This document shows, piece by piece, positions 1 through 10,644 of a DNA stretch of 63,386 nucleotides. The first letter of the stretch is position 1. Each line of letters starts with the position of its first letter. A program made the translations under genes and the position numbers. The notes beneath the pieces are model-generated. The model did no database searches. It had not been told where the DNA came from and worked only from the letters and a program-made list of their open reading frames with translations. Source of the DNA: Eubacteriales bacterium (lineage in GTDB: Bacteria; Bacillota; Clostridia; Oscillospirales; CAG-272); the NCBI GenBank assembly GCA_045594865.1, contig JAZNZI010000133.1:1-63386 (forward strand). Reading direction: 5' to 3'.

Positions 1-22
1 GAGCAAGGGCGAGTCAATCTTG

Positions 23-86
23 ATGCTCCACCACAGAAACAAAAAGGCACCCGAATGGGTGCCGTTTCTGTGGTGGAGCATTTTTA
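23..86 (+). terminator. Two-tier GC-rich hairpin plus T-run; likely rho-independent terminator of an off-window + strand gene
   Basis: Perfect 18-bp outer stem atgctccaccacagaaac (23-40) / gtttctgtggtggagcat (64-81). It encloses a perfect 7-bp inner stem ggcaccc (46-52) / gggtgcc (57-63). A ttttt run follows (82-86). Confidence 0.6.
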
Positions 87-103
87 AATACAAGCGAATA
101 GTC

Positions 104-137
104 AAAAAAACATCACCCAATATGGTGAGTTTTTTTG
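104..137. terminator. Bidirectional terminator-like hairpin downstream of guaB
   Basis: aaaaaaacatcacc-caatat-ggtgagttttttt: a short stem flanked by an A-run and a T-run, about 70 nt beyond the guaB stop. Confidence 0.5.
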
Positions 138-205
138 TTAAACTTAATTCTGCGACAGTTGGTTATTTAAACCTAATAAGAATTTATATTTGATTGAAAA
201 ACTTA

Positions 206-1711
206 TTACTTCACTGAAGCAGTGCTACGCAGCATAACGTCGTGGTATCCACCTTCAACTATACTGGTGGAGCTTACGAGGGTCAGTTTGGCCTTCTGCT
301 GAAGCTCGGGAATAGTGATAGCACCGCAGTTGCACATAGTGGATTTTACCTTGTAGAGCGAACGCTCCACATTGTCGTGAAGAGGGCCTGCGTAAGTTAC
401 GTAGGAATCAACACCTTCCTCAAAATTAAGATTTGCCTTGCCACCGAGATCGTATCTTTGCCAGTTTCTTGCGCGGTTAGATCCCTCTCCCCAATATTCC
501 TTTACGTACTGACCGTTGATCATAGTCTTGGGGGTTGGTGATTCGTCAAATCTGGCAAAATATCTGCCGAGCATAAGGAAGTCTGCGCCCATAGCAAGAG
601 CAAGAGTCATATGATAATCGTGTACGATACCACCGTCGGAGCAGATTGGAATATATATGCCGGTTTCCTTAAAATACTCGTCACGCGCTGCTGCAACCTC
701 GATAACGGCGCTTGCCTGGCCTCGTCCGATACCCTTGGTTTCTCTGGTTATACAGATAGAGCCACCGCCGATACCCACCTTAATAAAATCTGCACCTGCT
801 TCTGCCAGGAAGCGGAAGCCATCGCGATCAACCACGTTTCCAGCACCGATTTTAACGGTATTTCCGTATTTTTCTCTTACAAAATCAATTGTGCGCTTCT
901 GCCATATAGTATAGCCCTCGGAGGAGTCAATGCAAAGAACGTCAGCGCCCGCCTCAACGAGAGCAGGAACACGCTTTTCATAGTCACGTGTGTTAATACC
1001 CGCACCAACTACATAACTCTTGTTTTTGTCGAGAAGCTCATTGGGGTTCTCTTTGTGCTGAGAATAGTCCTTGCGGAATACGAAATATTTAAGACAGCCG
1101 TTTTTATCAACGATAGGCAAGGAATTAAGCTTGTGCTCCCAGATAATATCGTTTGCCATTTTCAGGGTTGTACCCTCGGGCGCTGTAACAAGCTTATCGA
1201 GAGGAGTCATAAATGTGGAAACGACCTCGTCGCCTGTCATACGGCTTACCCTGTAGTCGCGACTTGTAACGATGCCAAGAAGCTTGCCGCCTGCACTGCC
1301 GTCCTCGGTTACAGCCATAGTGCTGTGTCCTTTTTTCTCAAACAGTTCAAGAACGTCTCTTAGTGTACAGTCGGGCTTGAGATTAGAATCGCTCACAACG
1401 AAGCCCGCTTTATAATTCTTAACGCGAGTCACCATTTCGGCCTCGTTTTCAATCGTCTGATTACCGTAAATAAAGGAGACGCCGCCTTCCTTTGCTAAGG
1501 CAATCGCCATGGTGTCATTAGATACCGATTGCATAATAGCTGACGTAAGAGGGATGTTCATTGTTATAGGACAAGATTCTTTGTCCGGACGATATTTAAC
1601 TAACGGGGTTTTAAGCGAAACATTTCCCGGAACGCATTTTTCGTCGGTATAACCGGGAATAAGCAAATATTCGCTAAAAGTGCGAGAGGGTTCTGTAAAA
1701 TATGTTGCCAT
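206..1711 (-). CDS. guaB: IMP dehydrogenase
   Basis: 501-aa ORF with an IMPDH TIM barrel, an inserted CBS pair and the catalytic-Cys loop [13 protein letters not shown]. Last gene of the purine operon. Confidence 0.95.
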   Translation of the reverse strand: MATYFTEPSRTFSEYLLIPGYTDEKCVPGNVSLKTPLVKYRPDKESCPITMNIPLTSAIMQSVSNDTMAIALAKEGGVSFIYGNQTIENEAEMVTRVKNYKAGFVVSDSNLKPDCTLRDVLELFEKKGHSTMAVTEDGSAGGKLLGIVTSRDYRVSRMTGDEVVSTFMTPLDKLVTAPEGTTLKMANDIIWEHKLNSLPIVDKNGCLKYFVFRKDYSQHKENPNELLDKNKSYVVGAGINTRDYEKRVPALVEAGADVLCIDSSEGYTIWQKRTIDFVREKYGNTVKIGAGNVVDRDGFRFLAEAGADFIKVGIGGGSICITRETKGIGRGQASAVIEVAAARDEYFKETGIYIPICSDGGIVHDYHMTLALAMGADFLMLGRYFARFDESPTPKTMINGQYVKEYWGEGSNRARNWQRYDLGGKANLNFEEGVDSYVTYAGPLHDNVERSLYKVKSTMCNCGAITIPELQQKAKLTLVSSTSIVEGGYHDVMLRSTASVK

Positions 1712-1748
1712 GTTTTTTCTCCTATCTTATTAAGTTATTAAAGGATAT

Positions 1749-2729
1749 TTACTCCCACTCAATCGTGCCGATGGGTTTAGGCGTTAGGTCATATAACACA
1801 CGGTTGATTCCCTCAACCTCAGCGGTAATTCTGTCGGTGATTTTGTGAAGCACCTGATATGGAATTTCTTCTATTGTTGCACTCATAGCGTCGGTGGTAT
1901 TTACGGCACGAATAATTGCGGGCCATCCCTCATAACGCTTACCTTTTCTGACACCAACGCTCTTGAAATCAGGAACCGCAATGAAATACTGCCATACCTT
2001 GCCCGCAAGGCCTGCGTTGTCGAATTCATCACGCAGAATTGCGTCTGCCTCACGCAGAGCGTGGAGTCTATCTTTGGTAATAGCGCCGAGACACCTTACT
2101 CCAAGACCGGGGCCGGGAAATGGCTGACGGTAAACCATCTCGTGAGGAAGACCCAGAGCATCTCCAACAACCCTGACCTCATCCTTATATAGCAGCTTTA
2201 TAGGCTCAACAAGCTCCATATCCATATCCTCGGGCAGACCGCCAACGTTGTGATGTGCCTTAACACCCTTTGACTCAATTATATCCGGATAAATAGTGCC
2301 TTGCGCAAGGAAGGAAACGCCTGAAAGCTTTGCCGACTCCTCATCAAACACTTTGATGAATTCATTTCCGATAATCTTTCTCTTCTTCTCAGGGTCGCTG
2401 ACCCCCTCAAGTAGGGAAAGAAAGCGTTCCTCTGCATCAACATATATAAGGTTAGCGTCAAGCTGCTTGCCAAATACATTGATTACCTGCTCGCTCTCAC
2501 CTTTGCGCATAAGACCGTGGTTTACGTGCACGCAGATGAGCTGCTTACCGATTGCCTTGATAAGCAGAGCCGCAACCACAGAGCTGTCAACTCCGCCTGA
2601 AAGCGCCAAGAGAACTTTTTTGTCACCTACTTGGTTTCTGATCAAATCTATCTGCTCTGATATAAAAGTTTCTGCAAGCTCTTTGGTGTTTATACGAACC
2701 ATATCATCAGGTCTTTTATTAAGATCCAT
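1749..2729 (-). CDS. guaA: GMP synthase, ATP-pyrophosphatase plus dimerisation domains only (no N-terminal glutamine amidotransferase domain)
   Basis: PP-loop SGGVDSSV and C-terminal ...KPIGTIEWE typical of GuaA. Start moved to ATG 2729 (MDLNK..., RBS GAGGTG), because the longer ORF would overlap fhs. 326 aa, against about 510 aa for a two-domain GuaA. Confidence 0.85.
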   Translation of the reverse strand: MDLNKRPDDMVRINTKELAETFISEQIDLIRNQVGDKKVLLALSGGVDSSVVAALLIKAIGKQLICVHVNHGLMRKGESEQVINVFGKQLDANLIYVDAEERFLSLLEGVSDPEKKRKIIGNEFIKVFDEESAKLSGVSFLAQGTIYPDIIESKGVKAHHNVGGLPEDMDMELVEPIKLLYKDEVRVVGDALGLPHEMVYRQPFPGPGLGVRCLGAITKDRLHALREADAILRDEFDNAGLAGKVWQYFIAVPDFKSVGVRKGKRYEGWPAIIRAVNTTDAMSATIEEIPYQVLHKITDRITAEVEGINRVLYDLTPKPIGTIEWE

Positions 2730-2766
2730 GTTTTCACCTCGTTTACTTCTAATTTGTAAAGTTAAG

Positions 2767-4440
2767 TTAGAAAAGACCGCTAATTTTGCCATTTTCATCC
2801 ACGTCAATTTTCTCTGCGGCGGGAACCTTGGGAAGGCCGGGCATGGTCATAATTTCGCCCGTGAGAGCTACGATGAAGCCTGCTCCTGCGCTTACTTTCA
2901 GATTTCTTACCGTAACGATAAATCCCTCAGGCGCGCCAAGCTTCGTTGGATCGTCAGAGAAACTGTACTGAGTTTTCGCCATACATACAGGCATGTTTCC
3001 AAAGCCGAGGGAAGTGAGTCTTTCAACCTCTTTCTTTGCTGCGGGGGTAAATACCGCTCCATCACCGCCGTAAACTCTCTTTACGATCGCATTTATTTTT
3101 TCTTCAATAGAGCATGCGTTATCGTAGCTGAAGCTGAAGTTGTTTTCTTCCTCGCAAAGTCTGATTACCTCCTCTGCAAGCTCTATGCCTCCCCTTCCGC
3201 CGTCTGCCCATACGGTTGAAAGTCGAACGTTTACACCAAGCTCGCGGCATTTGTCAATAACCAAATTGATCTCGGCGTCCGTATCCGTGGGGAAACGGTT
3301 AACAGCAACAACACAGGGCAGCTTATATACGTTTTTGATATTGGAAACATGACGGAGAAGATTGGGAATGCCCTTTTCAAGAGCTGAAAGATTCTCGTTG
3401 CCAAGCTCGGTCTTATTTGCGCCTCCGTGAAGCTTCAGTGCTCGCACGGTTGCAACCATAACCACCGCATCAGGCTTAAGTCCAGCCATACGACACTTGA
3501 TGTCGAGGAACTTCTCTGCTCCGAGATCCGCACCGAATCCGGCCTCGGTAACAGCGTAATCGGCAAGCTTCATCGCCATTCTTGTTGCGATAACCGAGTT
3601 GCATCCATGGGCAATGTTTGCAAACGGACCGCCATGCACAAATGCAGGCGTGCCCTCAAGGGTCTGAACGAGATTGGGCTTAAGAGCGTCCTTCAAGAGC
3701 GCGGTCATCGCGCCTACGGCATTAAGATCGCCCGCAGTAACAGGCTTATCATCGTATGTGTATGCTACAATGATCTTAGAAAGTCTTTCCTTAAGATCGG
3801 TAATAGAGCTTGCGAGACAGAACACCGCCATAATCTCGGATGCTACGGTGATGTCAAAGCCGTCCTCGCGGGGAGTTCCGTTTATCCTTCCGCCAAGACC
3901 GTCTACAATAAAGCGAAGCTGACGGTCGTTCATATCAACACATCTCTTCCAGGTGATCTTCTTCACGTCAATACCAAGACTGTTGCCCTGCTGAATGTGG
4001 TTATCCAGCATTGCGGCAAGAAGATTGTTTGCCGCACCGATAGCATGGAAGTCGCCGGTGAAATGGAGGTTGATATCCTCCATGGGAACGACTTGTGCAT
4101 ATCCTCCGCCTGCAGCTCCGCCTTTGACACCGAAAACGGGACCGAGCGAGGGCTCGCGAAGGGCAACTGCAACCCTCTTTCCAATCAGAGAGAGTCCGTC
4201 GGCAAGTCCGATCGTAGTAGTGGTCTTACCCTCTCCTGCGGCAGTGGGATTTATTGCGGTAACAAGAATAAGCTTACCGTTTGTACGGTTTGATGATTTG
4301 AGAAGGTTATAATCTATCTTAGCCTTGTGCTTTCCGTACTGTTCGATATATTCATCCGAAATGCCGAGCTTATCTGCAATTTCGTTTATGGGCTTCATCT
4401 TACAGCCCTGCGCGATTTCAATATCTGATAAATACGCCAT
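2767..4440 (-). CDS. fhs: Formate--tetrahydrofolate ligase
   Basis: 557 aa with the FTHFS P-loop [15 protein letters not shown] and full-length family similarity. Confidence 0.95.
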   Translation of the reverse strand: MAYLSDIEIAQGCKMKPINEIADKLGISDEYIEQYGKHKAKIDYNLLKSSNRTNGKLILVTAINPTAAGEGKTTTTIGLADGLSLIGKRVAVALREPSLGPVFGVKGGAAGGGYAQVVPMEDINLHFTGDFHAIGAANNLLAAMLDNHIQQGNSLGIDVKKITWKRCVDMNDRQLRFIVDGLGGRINGTPREDGFDITVASEIMAVFCLASSITDLKERLSKIIVAYTYDDKPVTAGDLNAVGAMTALLKDALKPNLVQTLEGTPAFVHGGPFANIAHGCNSVIATRMAMKLADYAVTEAGFGADLGAEKFLDIKCRMAGLKPDAVVMVATVRALKLHGGANKTELGNENLSALEKGIPNLLRHVSNIKNVYKLPCVVAVNRFPTDTDAEINLVIDKCRELGVNVRLSTVWADGGRGGIELAEEVIRLCEEENNFSFSYDNACSIEEKINAIVKRVYGGDGAVFTPAAKKEVERLTSLGFGNMPVCMAKTQYSFSDDPTKLGAPEGFIVTVRNLKVSAGAGFIVALTGEIMTMPGLPKVPAAEKIDVDENGKISGLF

Positions 4441-4452
4441 TTTATTTCTCCA

Positions 4453-7400
4453 TTATTTAAAGTATTTTACAGCAGATTCAAAGAGCTTCATATCGTACTC
4501 TCCAACCACGTTTTGATATAGATTCTTGCCAATTCTTTCGCTGTGTCCCATTTTACCGAACACACGGCCGTCGGGCGAAAGTATACCCTCAATGGCGGAA
4601 GCAGATCCGTTGGGATTGAAGCGGATATCGTATGTGGGGTTGCCCTCAAGATCAACGTATTGGGTCATGATCTGACCGCCCGCGCTGAGCTCCTTGATAA
4701 GAGCATCGCTTGCAACGAACTTACCCTCGCCGTGAGAGATTGGCACGTTGAATACGTCGCCTACATTAACCCCTTTAAGCCAAGGGGAGTTTACAGAAGC
4801 AACTCTTACTCTTACAATGCTCGACTGATGTCTTGATATATCGTTGTAGGTCAGGGTGGGACAGGTAGCATCGGTATCTATAATTTTGCCGTAAGGCACA
4901 AGTCCAAGCTTGATAAGAGCCTGGAAACCGTTACAGATTCCGCCCATAAGGCCATCACGATTGTCGAGAAGACTCTGGATTTCAGTCTTGATCTCAGCAT
5001 TGCGCATAAAGGCGGTGATGAATTTACCCGATCCATCCGGCTCGTCACCACCGGAAAATCCGCCGGGAATAAATACAATCTGACTTTCCTTAACCTTTTT
5101 TGCGAACTGCTCCACGCTTCTCGAAGTATCGTCAGCGGTTACATTTCTGACAACGAAAATCTCGGTGTCAGCACCCGCATCGACAAACACCTTCGCAGTG
5201 TCATACTCACAGTTGGTTCCGGGGAAAACAGGGATCAGTACCTTTGGACGTGCAATCTTGATTGCAGGGGCAGCAACTGAAGTTATGTTATACGAGAAGG
5301 TCTGAACCTTCTCTTCTTTAGTCGGTACGTTAGTCGGAAAAACATTCTCAAGCGTTGCCTCGTTTAAGCGTAAAAGCTCTTCAACGGTAGCGTTTTCGCT
5401 ATTAAGGACAATTTCAGGTTCTTCTGTGGTGACGCCTATTTTAAGAGCGTAAGGAGCATCTGTTTCAGTATCAAGCTCTGCGACGATGAAGTCGTACATC
5501 ATAGTATTGTACCAATTCTCACCGACTGTGCCGCATGACTTAAAGCCGATATTATTACCGAAGGACATCTTCATTACCGCCTCCGCAAGACCGTTTTCAA
5601 CGGCCCATGCGGATTTTACCTTACCTTCGGTACAAAGCTGATGGAATGATTCCCACGCAGCCTTTGTTGATTCAGCGCTCTTATCCGACGGTGCAAAGAG
5701 ATATACGGGATGACCCGCCTCCTTAAATTCCGGAGAAATGACCTCTGTTGCTTTGATTGGCGCTATGGCAAAAGATATGAGCGTGGGAGGCACGTCCTTA
5801 TCAAGGAATGTTCCCGACATAGAGTCCTTTCCGCCAATAGCAGCGACGTTCAGCTCAAGCTGGGCGTCCATAGCACCGAGGAGCGCAGCAAAGGGCTTAC
5901 CCCAACGCTGAGGTTCGTTTCTTAATTTTTCAAAGAATTCCTGAAGAGTTAAATATGCTTTCTTATAGTCAGCGCCTGCAGCAACAATCTTCGCCATCGA
6001 GCTATAAACCGCGGCGCGCGCACCGGTATAAGGGTCGGCGGACATCACGTCGGGGTCAAATCCCCAAGCCATAACGCTCGCCTGATCGGTATACTGACCG
6101 GGAAGTGTGGGAAGAAGCGCTGCCATAGCCTGTGTTGGAGTATTCTGAGTTTTTCCGCCAAAAGGCATAAGCACCGACCCTGCTCCAATAGAGCCGTCAA
6201 AGCGTTCTACGAGTCCTCGTCTGCTTGCTGTTTTTAGGTCGGATGCCATCTCACGGAGATTACCGTAAAGCGCTGCCGAGAATATTGACAGATCCTTTTC
6301 TCTTACCTCAAGATCCGTATGCTTGTCCGCGCCGTTGGTATTGAGAAACTCTCTTGAAAGGTTAGCGATAATCCTTCCCTTCCAGGACATAACCATTCTC
6401 GCCTCCTCGGTGACAACGGCTACTCGATAAGCCTCAAGATTTTCTCTTTCTGCGTATTCAATAAATTTATCTACGTCTTTTGCCTCAACGACAACTGCCA
6501 TTCTCTCCTGAGACTCGGAGATAGCAAGCTCGGTTCCGTCAAGACCGTCATATTTCTTGCGAACGGCATCAAGATCTATTTTAAGTCCGTCTGCAAGCTC
6601 GCCTATAGCAACCGATACACCGCCCGCGCCAAAGTCATTACAACGCTTGATAAGACGGGTGACAGCGGGATCGCGGAACAAACGCTGGATCTTTCTTTCC
6701 TCGGGGGCATTACCCTTCTGAACTTCTGACGCCATGGTGGTAAGCGACTTCATATTATGGCTCTTTGATGAGCCGGTAGCTCCGCCAATACCGTCTCTGC
6801 CCGTTCTGCCGCCGAGAAGAATGACAACGTCACCTGCCTCGGGACGCTCACGTCGAACGTTACAGGCGGGAGCCGCAGCAACTACCGCACCGCATTCAAG
6901 TCGCTTTGCAACGTAGCCGTCATGGTAAACTTCTGCCACGTGACCCGTAGCAAGACCTATCTGGTTGCCGTAGGAGGAATAGCCGGCTGCGGCAGTCTGA
7001 CAAATCTTTCTCTGCGGAAGCTTGCCCGGAAGGGTTTCTGAAAGCGATTTACGCGGATCGGCAGCACCCGTCACCCTCATTGCCTGATGAACGTATGCTC
7101 TTCCGGAAAGCGGGTCTCTGATACATCCGCCAATACAGGTAGCCGCACCGCCAAAAGGCTCTATTTCGGTAGGATGATTGTGAGTTTCATTTTTAAACAT
7201 AAGCAACCAATCCTGCTCCTCGCCGTTAACAGTAGCGTTCATGTGGATCGAACATGCGTTTATCTCTTCGCTTTCATCCAGCTCGGGAAGCTTGCCGCAC
7301 TTTTTAAGGACCTTACCTGCAATTGTGGCAATATCCATAAGAGTCTTTGGACGACTGCTTGATTTTTCCTCTCCGTATACTTCAACACGAGAGGCGAGAT

Positions 7401-8145
7401 AACGGTTATATGCCTCGGCTACCGCCTTATCGCTTATATTTACGTTGTCAATATGGGTTGAGAAGGTTGTATGACGGCAATGGTCAGACCAATAGGTGTC
7501 AACAACTCGTATCTCGGTTATGGTAGGATCGCGATGCTCCTCGTTCTTGAAATAATTTTGCAAAAATTTAAGGTCGTCGAGATCCATAGCAAGCCCCAGA
7601 CTGTCAAGAAGCTCGGAAAGGCCTGCGTCATCAAGAGCTGTAAATCCGTTGACCGTTGCTACGGTTTCGGGAATTTCATATTCGATGTTAAGTGTATCGC
7701 TTCTCTCCATAGATGCCTCGCGACTTTCTACGGGATTAATAACGTATTTTTTGATTACCCCCAGCTCCTCGTCGCTGACGTTTCCGTAAACCGCATAGAT
7801 CTTTGCGGTGCGTACGACAGGCCTCTCGCTCTTTGATATAAGCTGAATACACTGGGCCGCCGAATCCGCCCTCTGATCAAACTGCCCTGGCAGATACTCT
7901 ACCGCAAAGGCTTTTGCTCCTTCAAGACAAATATCATCTGTCGCGTTATCCATTTGAGGCTCGGAGAACACCGTGTTTACGGCATAGTCAAAAAGCGACT
8001 TGTCGATACCCTCGACGTCGTATCTGTTTATTACTCTGATAGATTCAACCCCCGAAAGCTCCAAAAGCTCTCTGGTTTCCTTGGTGAGAGCTTGTGCTTC
8101 GTGGTCAAAGCTTTTCCCCTTTTCTACATATATTCTGTAAACCAT
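4453..8145 (-). CDS. purL: Phosphoribosylformylglycinamidine (FGAM) synthase, single-chain large form
   Basis: 1230 aa with N-terminal PurS-like and AIRS-like domains. C-terminal triad glutaminase is present (GICNGFQAL ... GHSER). Confidence 0.95.
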   Translation of the reverse strand: MVYRIYVEKGKSFDHEAQALTKETRELLELSGVESIRVINRYDVEGIDKSLFDYAVNTVFSEPQMDNATDDICLEGAKAFAVEYLPGQFDQRADSAAQCIQLISKSERPVVRTAKIYAVYGNVSDEELGVIKKYVINPVESREASMERSDTLNIEYEIPETVATVNGFTALDDAGLSELLDSLGLAMDLDDLKFLQNYFKNEEHRDPTITEIRVVDTYWSDHCRHTTFSTHIDNVNISDKAVAEAYNRYLASRVEVYGEEKSSSRPKTLMDIATIAGKVLKKCGKLPELDESEEINACSIHMNATVNGEEQDWLLMFKNETHNHPTEIEPFGGAATCIGGCIRDPLSGRAYVHQAMRVTGAADPRKSLSETLPGKLPQRKICQTAAAGYSSYGNQIGLATGHVAEVYHDGYVAKRLECGAVVAAAPACNVRRERPEAGDVVILLGGRTGRDGIGGATGSSKSHNMKSLTTMASEVQKGNAPEERKIQRLFRDPAVTRLIKRCNDFGAGGVSVAIGELADGLKIDLDAVRKKYDGLDGTELAISESQERMAVVVEAKDVDKFIEYAERENLEAYRVAVVTEEARMVMSWKGRIIANLSREFLNTNGADKHTDLEVREKDLSIFSAALYGNLREMASDLKTASRRGLVERFDGSIGAGSVLMPFGGKTQNTPTQAMAALLPTLPGQYTDQASVMAWGFDPDVMSADPYTGARAAVYSSMAKIVAAGADYKKAYLTLQEFFEKLRNEPQRWGKPFAALLGAMDAQLELNVAAIGGKDSMSGTFLDKDVPPTLISFAIAPIKATEVISPEFKEAGHPVYLFAPSDKSAESTKAAWESFHQLCTEGKVKSAWAVENGLAEAVMKMSFGNNIGFKSCGTVGENWYNTMMYDFIVAELDTETDAPYALKIGVTTEEPEIVLNSENATVEELLRLNEATLENVFPTNVPTKEEKVQTFSYNITSVAAPAIKIARPKVLIPVFPGTNCEYDTAKVFVDAGADTEIFVVRNVTADDTSRSVEQFAKKVKESQIVFIPGGFSGGDEPDGSGKFITAFMRNAEIKTEIQSLLDNRDGLMGGICNGFQALIKLGLVPYGKIIDTDATCPTLTYNDISRHQSSIVRVRVASVNSPWLKGVNVGDVFNVPISHGEGKFVASDALIKELSAGGQIMTQYVDLEGNPTYDIRFNPNGSASAIEGILSPDGRVFGKMGHSERIGKNLYQNVVGEYDMKLFESAVKYFK

Positions 8146-8148
8146 ACT

Positions 8149-9429
8149 TTACTTTTTGCCTCCACTTTCAGAACTCGCAAGGGCTCTTAAACCAATATCA
8201 TGGCGGAAATATGCGTTGTCAAAGTGAATTTTTTGTGTCTTGCTGTAAGCGCCCTTTACAGCATCAGAAAGAGTGTCTGCGGTTGCAACCACGCCAAGAA
8301 CACGTCCGCCGGATGTAAGAAGCTTTTTGCCATCAAGTCTTGCTCCTGCAATGAAGACGCTGTCCTTTATATCATCGGGGATGCTTATTTCATAGCCTTT
8401 ATCATACTTTTCAGGGTATCCTTTTGATGCCATAATAACGCAACAGGCTGCTTTGTCTGAAAATTCTACTTTTATCTCTGAAAGTCTCTCCTCGGTTACC
8501 GCTCTCATAATCGTCAGAAGATCGGTTTTAAGCAGAGGGAGCACCACTTGAGTTTCGGGATCGCCAAATCGGCAGTTGTACTCAATTACTTTAGGGCCTC
8601 TTTCGGTTATCATAAGACCAAAATACAGACATCCCTTGAAGATTCTCCCCTCTGCCTTCATGGCTTCTATTGTGGGAATGAAGATTTCATTCATACATTT
8701 TTCTTTGATCTCTTCGGTGTAGAATGGATTCGGGGCAATTGTTCCCATGCCGCCGGTGTTAAGCCCCTTATCGTTGTCGCAAGCCCTCTTGTGATCCATA
8801 GAGGAAACCATAGGCACCACGGTATGTCCATCGGTAAATGCCAGCACCGACACCTCGGGCCCCTCAAGAAATTCCTCAATTATCACTCGGTTTCCGCTTG
8901 CACCGAAGACCTTGTCGGTCATCATGGATTTTACCGCATTTACAGCCTCGTCCTTGTTATTGGCGATTATTACACCCTTTCCAAGTGCGAGACCGTCGGC
9001 CTTAATTACGGTAGGATATGTGGTGTTTTCAAGATAGTTCAGTGCTGCCGTGACATCATCGAAGGTTTCGTAGGCTGCCGTGGGAATAGAATACTTTTTC
9101 ATCAGCTCCTTAGAGAAGTCCTTGCTTCCCTCAATTATTGCCGCCGCCTTGTTAGGGCCAAAGCATGGAATACCCTTTGCTTCAAGAGCATCCACAGCGC
9201 CCATTACAAGGGGATCATCGGGAGCAACCACTGCGTAGTCTATGTTCTTTTCTACAGCAAATTCTACTATTTTTTCTATATCGGTAGCGCTAATGCCCAC
9301 ACATATTGCATCAGATGCAATTCCGCCGTTACCTGGCAGAGCGTAGATCAGCTCAACTGCGCTGTTTTTTTTCAGCGATTTAATTATAGCGTGCTCTCGT
9401 CCGCCGCCGCCAACAACCAAAAGTTTCAT
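8149..9429 (-). CDS. purD: Phosphoribosylamine--glycine ligase
   Basis: 426-aa ATP-grasp GARS. N-terminus MKLLVVGGGGREHA. Confidence 0.95.
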   Translation of the reverse strand: MKLLVVGGGGREHAIIKSLKKNSAVELIYALPGNGGIASDAICVGISATDIEKIVEFAVEKNIDYAVVAPDDPLVMGAVDALEAKGIPCFGPNKAAAIIEGSKDFSKELMKKYSIPTAAYETFDDVTAALNYLENTTYPTVIKADGLALGKGVIIANNKDEAVNAVKSMMTDKVFGASGNRVIIEEFLEGPEVSVLAFTDGHTVVPMVSSMDHKRACDNDKGLNTGGMGTIAPNPFYTEEIKEKCMNEIFIPTIEAMKAEGRIFKGCLYFGLMITERGPKVIEYNCRFGDPETQVVLPLLKTDLLTIMRAVTEERLSEIKVEFSDKAACCVIMASKGYPEKYDKGYEISIPDDIKDSVFIAGARLDGKKLLTSGGRVLGVVATADTLSDAVKGAYSKTQKIHFDNAYFRHDIGLRALASSESGGKK

Positions 9430-9445
9430 TGAAAGCTCCTTAATA

Positions 9446-10633
9446 TTAATGATGGAAGAGTCTCATCCCGGTAAATGACATTACCATACCGTATTTATCC
9501 GCCGCCTCAATTACAAGATCATCACGGATAGATCCGCCGGGCTCGGCAACGTAGCTTACGCCGCTCTTAGCCGCACGGTCTATATTGTCAGAGAATGGGA
9601 AGAATGCGTCAGAGCCTACGGTAACTCCGCTGATTGTTGCAAGATATGCATCCTTTTCCTCGCGGGTGAAGGGCTCGGGTCTCTCAGAGAAATAGTTCTG
9701 CCAAACGTCGTCACCAAGCACGGTGTCGGAATCTCTGTCGGAGAGGTAAAGATCAATTATATTATTTTTGTCGGGACGGCCTATGCCATCTGCAAATTTA
9801 AGCGAAAGCACTCTTTCACTCTGACGGAGATGCCAGAGGTCTGCCTTGTCACCCGCAAGTCTTGTGCAGTGAATTCTCGACTGCTGACCTGCACCCACAC
9901 CGATAGCCTGACCATCCTTTGCAAAGCATACAGAGTTAGACTGGGTGTACTTTAAGGTAATGAGGGCGATGATCATATCAATTTTTGCCTCGTCGGGCAG
10001 ATCATTTTTTTTGGTTACAATATTGGAAAGAAGCTCACGATTGATCTTGAAATTATTTCTGCCTTGCTCGAATGTGATGCCGAACACCTGCTTGGTCTCG
10101 GTCTCGGCAGGAATATAATCAGGATCAATTTTTACTATGTTGTAAGATCCCTTTCTCTTACTCTTAAGAAGCTCAAGAGCTTCGGGAGAGTATGAGGGAG
10201 CGATTATTCCGTCGGAAACCTCTCTCACTATAATCTTTGCCGTGGTAAGATCGCATTCGTCAGACAAAGCGATCCAATCACCGAAGGAGGACATTCTGTC
10301 CGTTCCTCGAGCTCTCGCATAGGCGCACGCCAGGGGAGAATCATCAAGTCCGTCGATGTCGTCAACGAAGCAGGCTTTTTTCAGCGCATCCGAAAGAGGT
10401 CTTCCGATTGCCGCGGAGGTGGGGGAAACGTGCTTGAAGCTTGCCGCCGCAGGCTGACCTACAGCCTCTTTGATCTCCTTAACAAGCTGCCAAGAATTGA
10501 AGGCATCGAGAAAGTTAATATATCCGGGTCTGCCTGAGAGAATTTCAATAGGAAGGTCGCTTCCGTCCTGCATATATATTTTAGATGGCTTCTGATTGGG
10601 GTTACAGCCATATTTAAGTTCAAAATCTTTCAT
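9446..10633 (-). CDS. purH: AICAR formyltransferase (stand-alone AICARFT domain of PurH; no MGS-like IMP cyclohydrolase domain)
   Basis: 395 aa starting MKDFELKYGCNPNQ and ending ...MRLFHH, typical of the PurH C-terminal half. Confidence 0.88.
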   Translation of the reverse strand: MKDFELKYGCNPNQKPSKIYMQDGSDLPIEILSGRPGYINFLDAFNSWQLVKEIKEAVGQPAAASFKHVSPTSAAIGRPLSDALKKACFVDDIDGLDDSPLACAYARARGTDRMSSFGDWIALSDECDLTTAKIIVREVSDGIIAPSYSPEALELLKSKRKGSYNIVKIDPDYIPAETETKQVFGITFEQGRNNFKINRELLSNIVTKKNDLPDEAKIDMIIALITLKYTQSNSVCFAKDGQAIGVGAGQQSRIHCTRLAGDKADLWHLRQSERVLSLKFADGIGRPDKNNIIDLYLSDRDSDTVLGDDVWQNYFSERPEPFTREEKDAYLATISGVTVGSDAFFPFSDNIDRAAKSGVSYVAEPGGSIRDDLVIEAADKYGMVMSFTGMRLFHH

Positions 10634-10644
10634 TTTAATCTCCC

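Noticed and set aside
2730-2807. N-terminal extensions offered by the ORF track: guaA to 2807, purM to 13110, maf to 20653, Sel1 gene to 28414, THUMP MTase to 54705, TetR to 52814, ABC to 34516, pyrD to 42550, lipoprotein to 21965, small membrane protein to 54601
   Set aside because: The extensions overlap upstream genes or promoters and lack RBSs. The internal starts have good RBSs and give canonical family N-termini.
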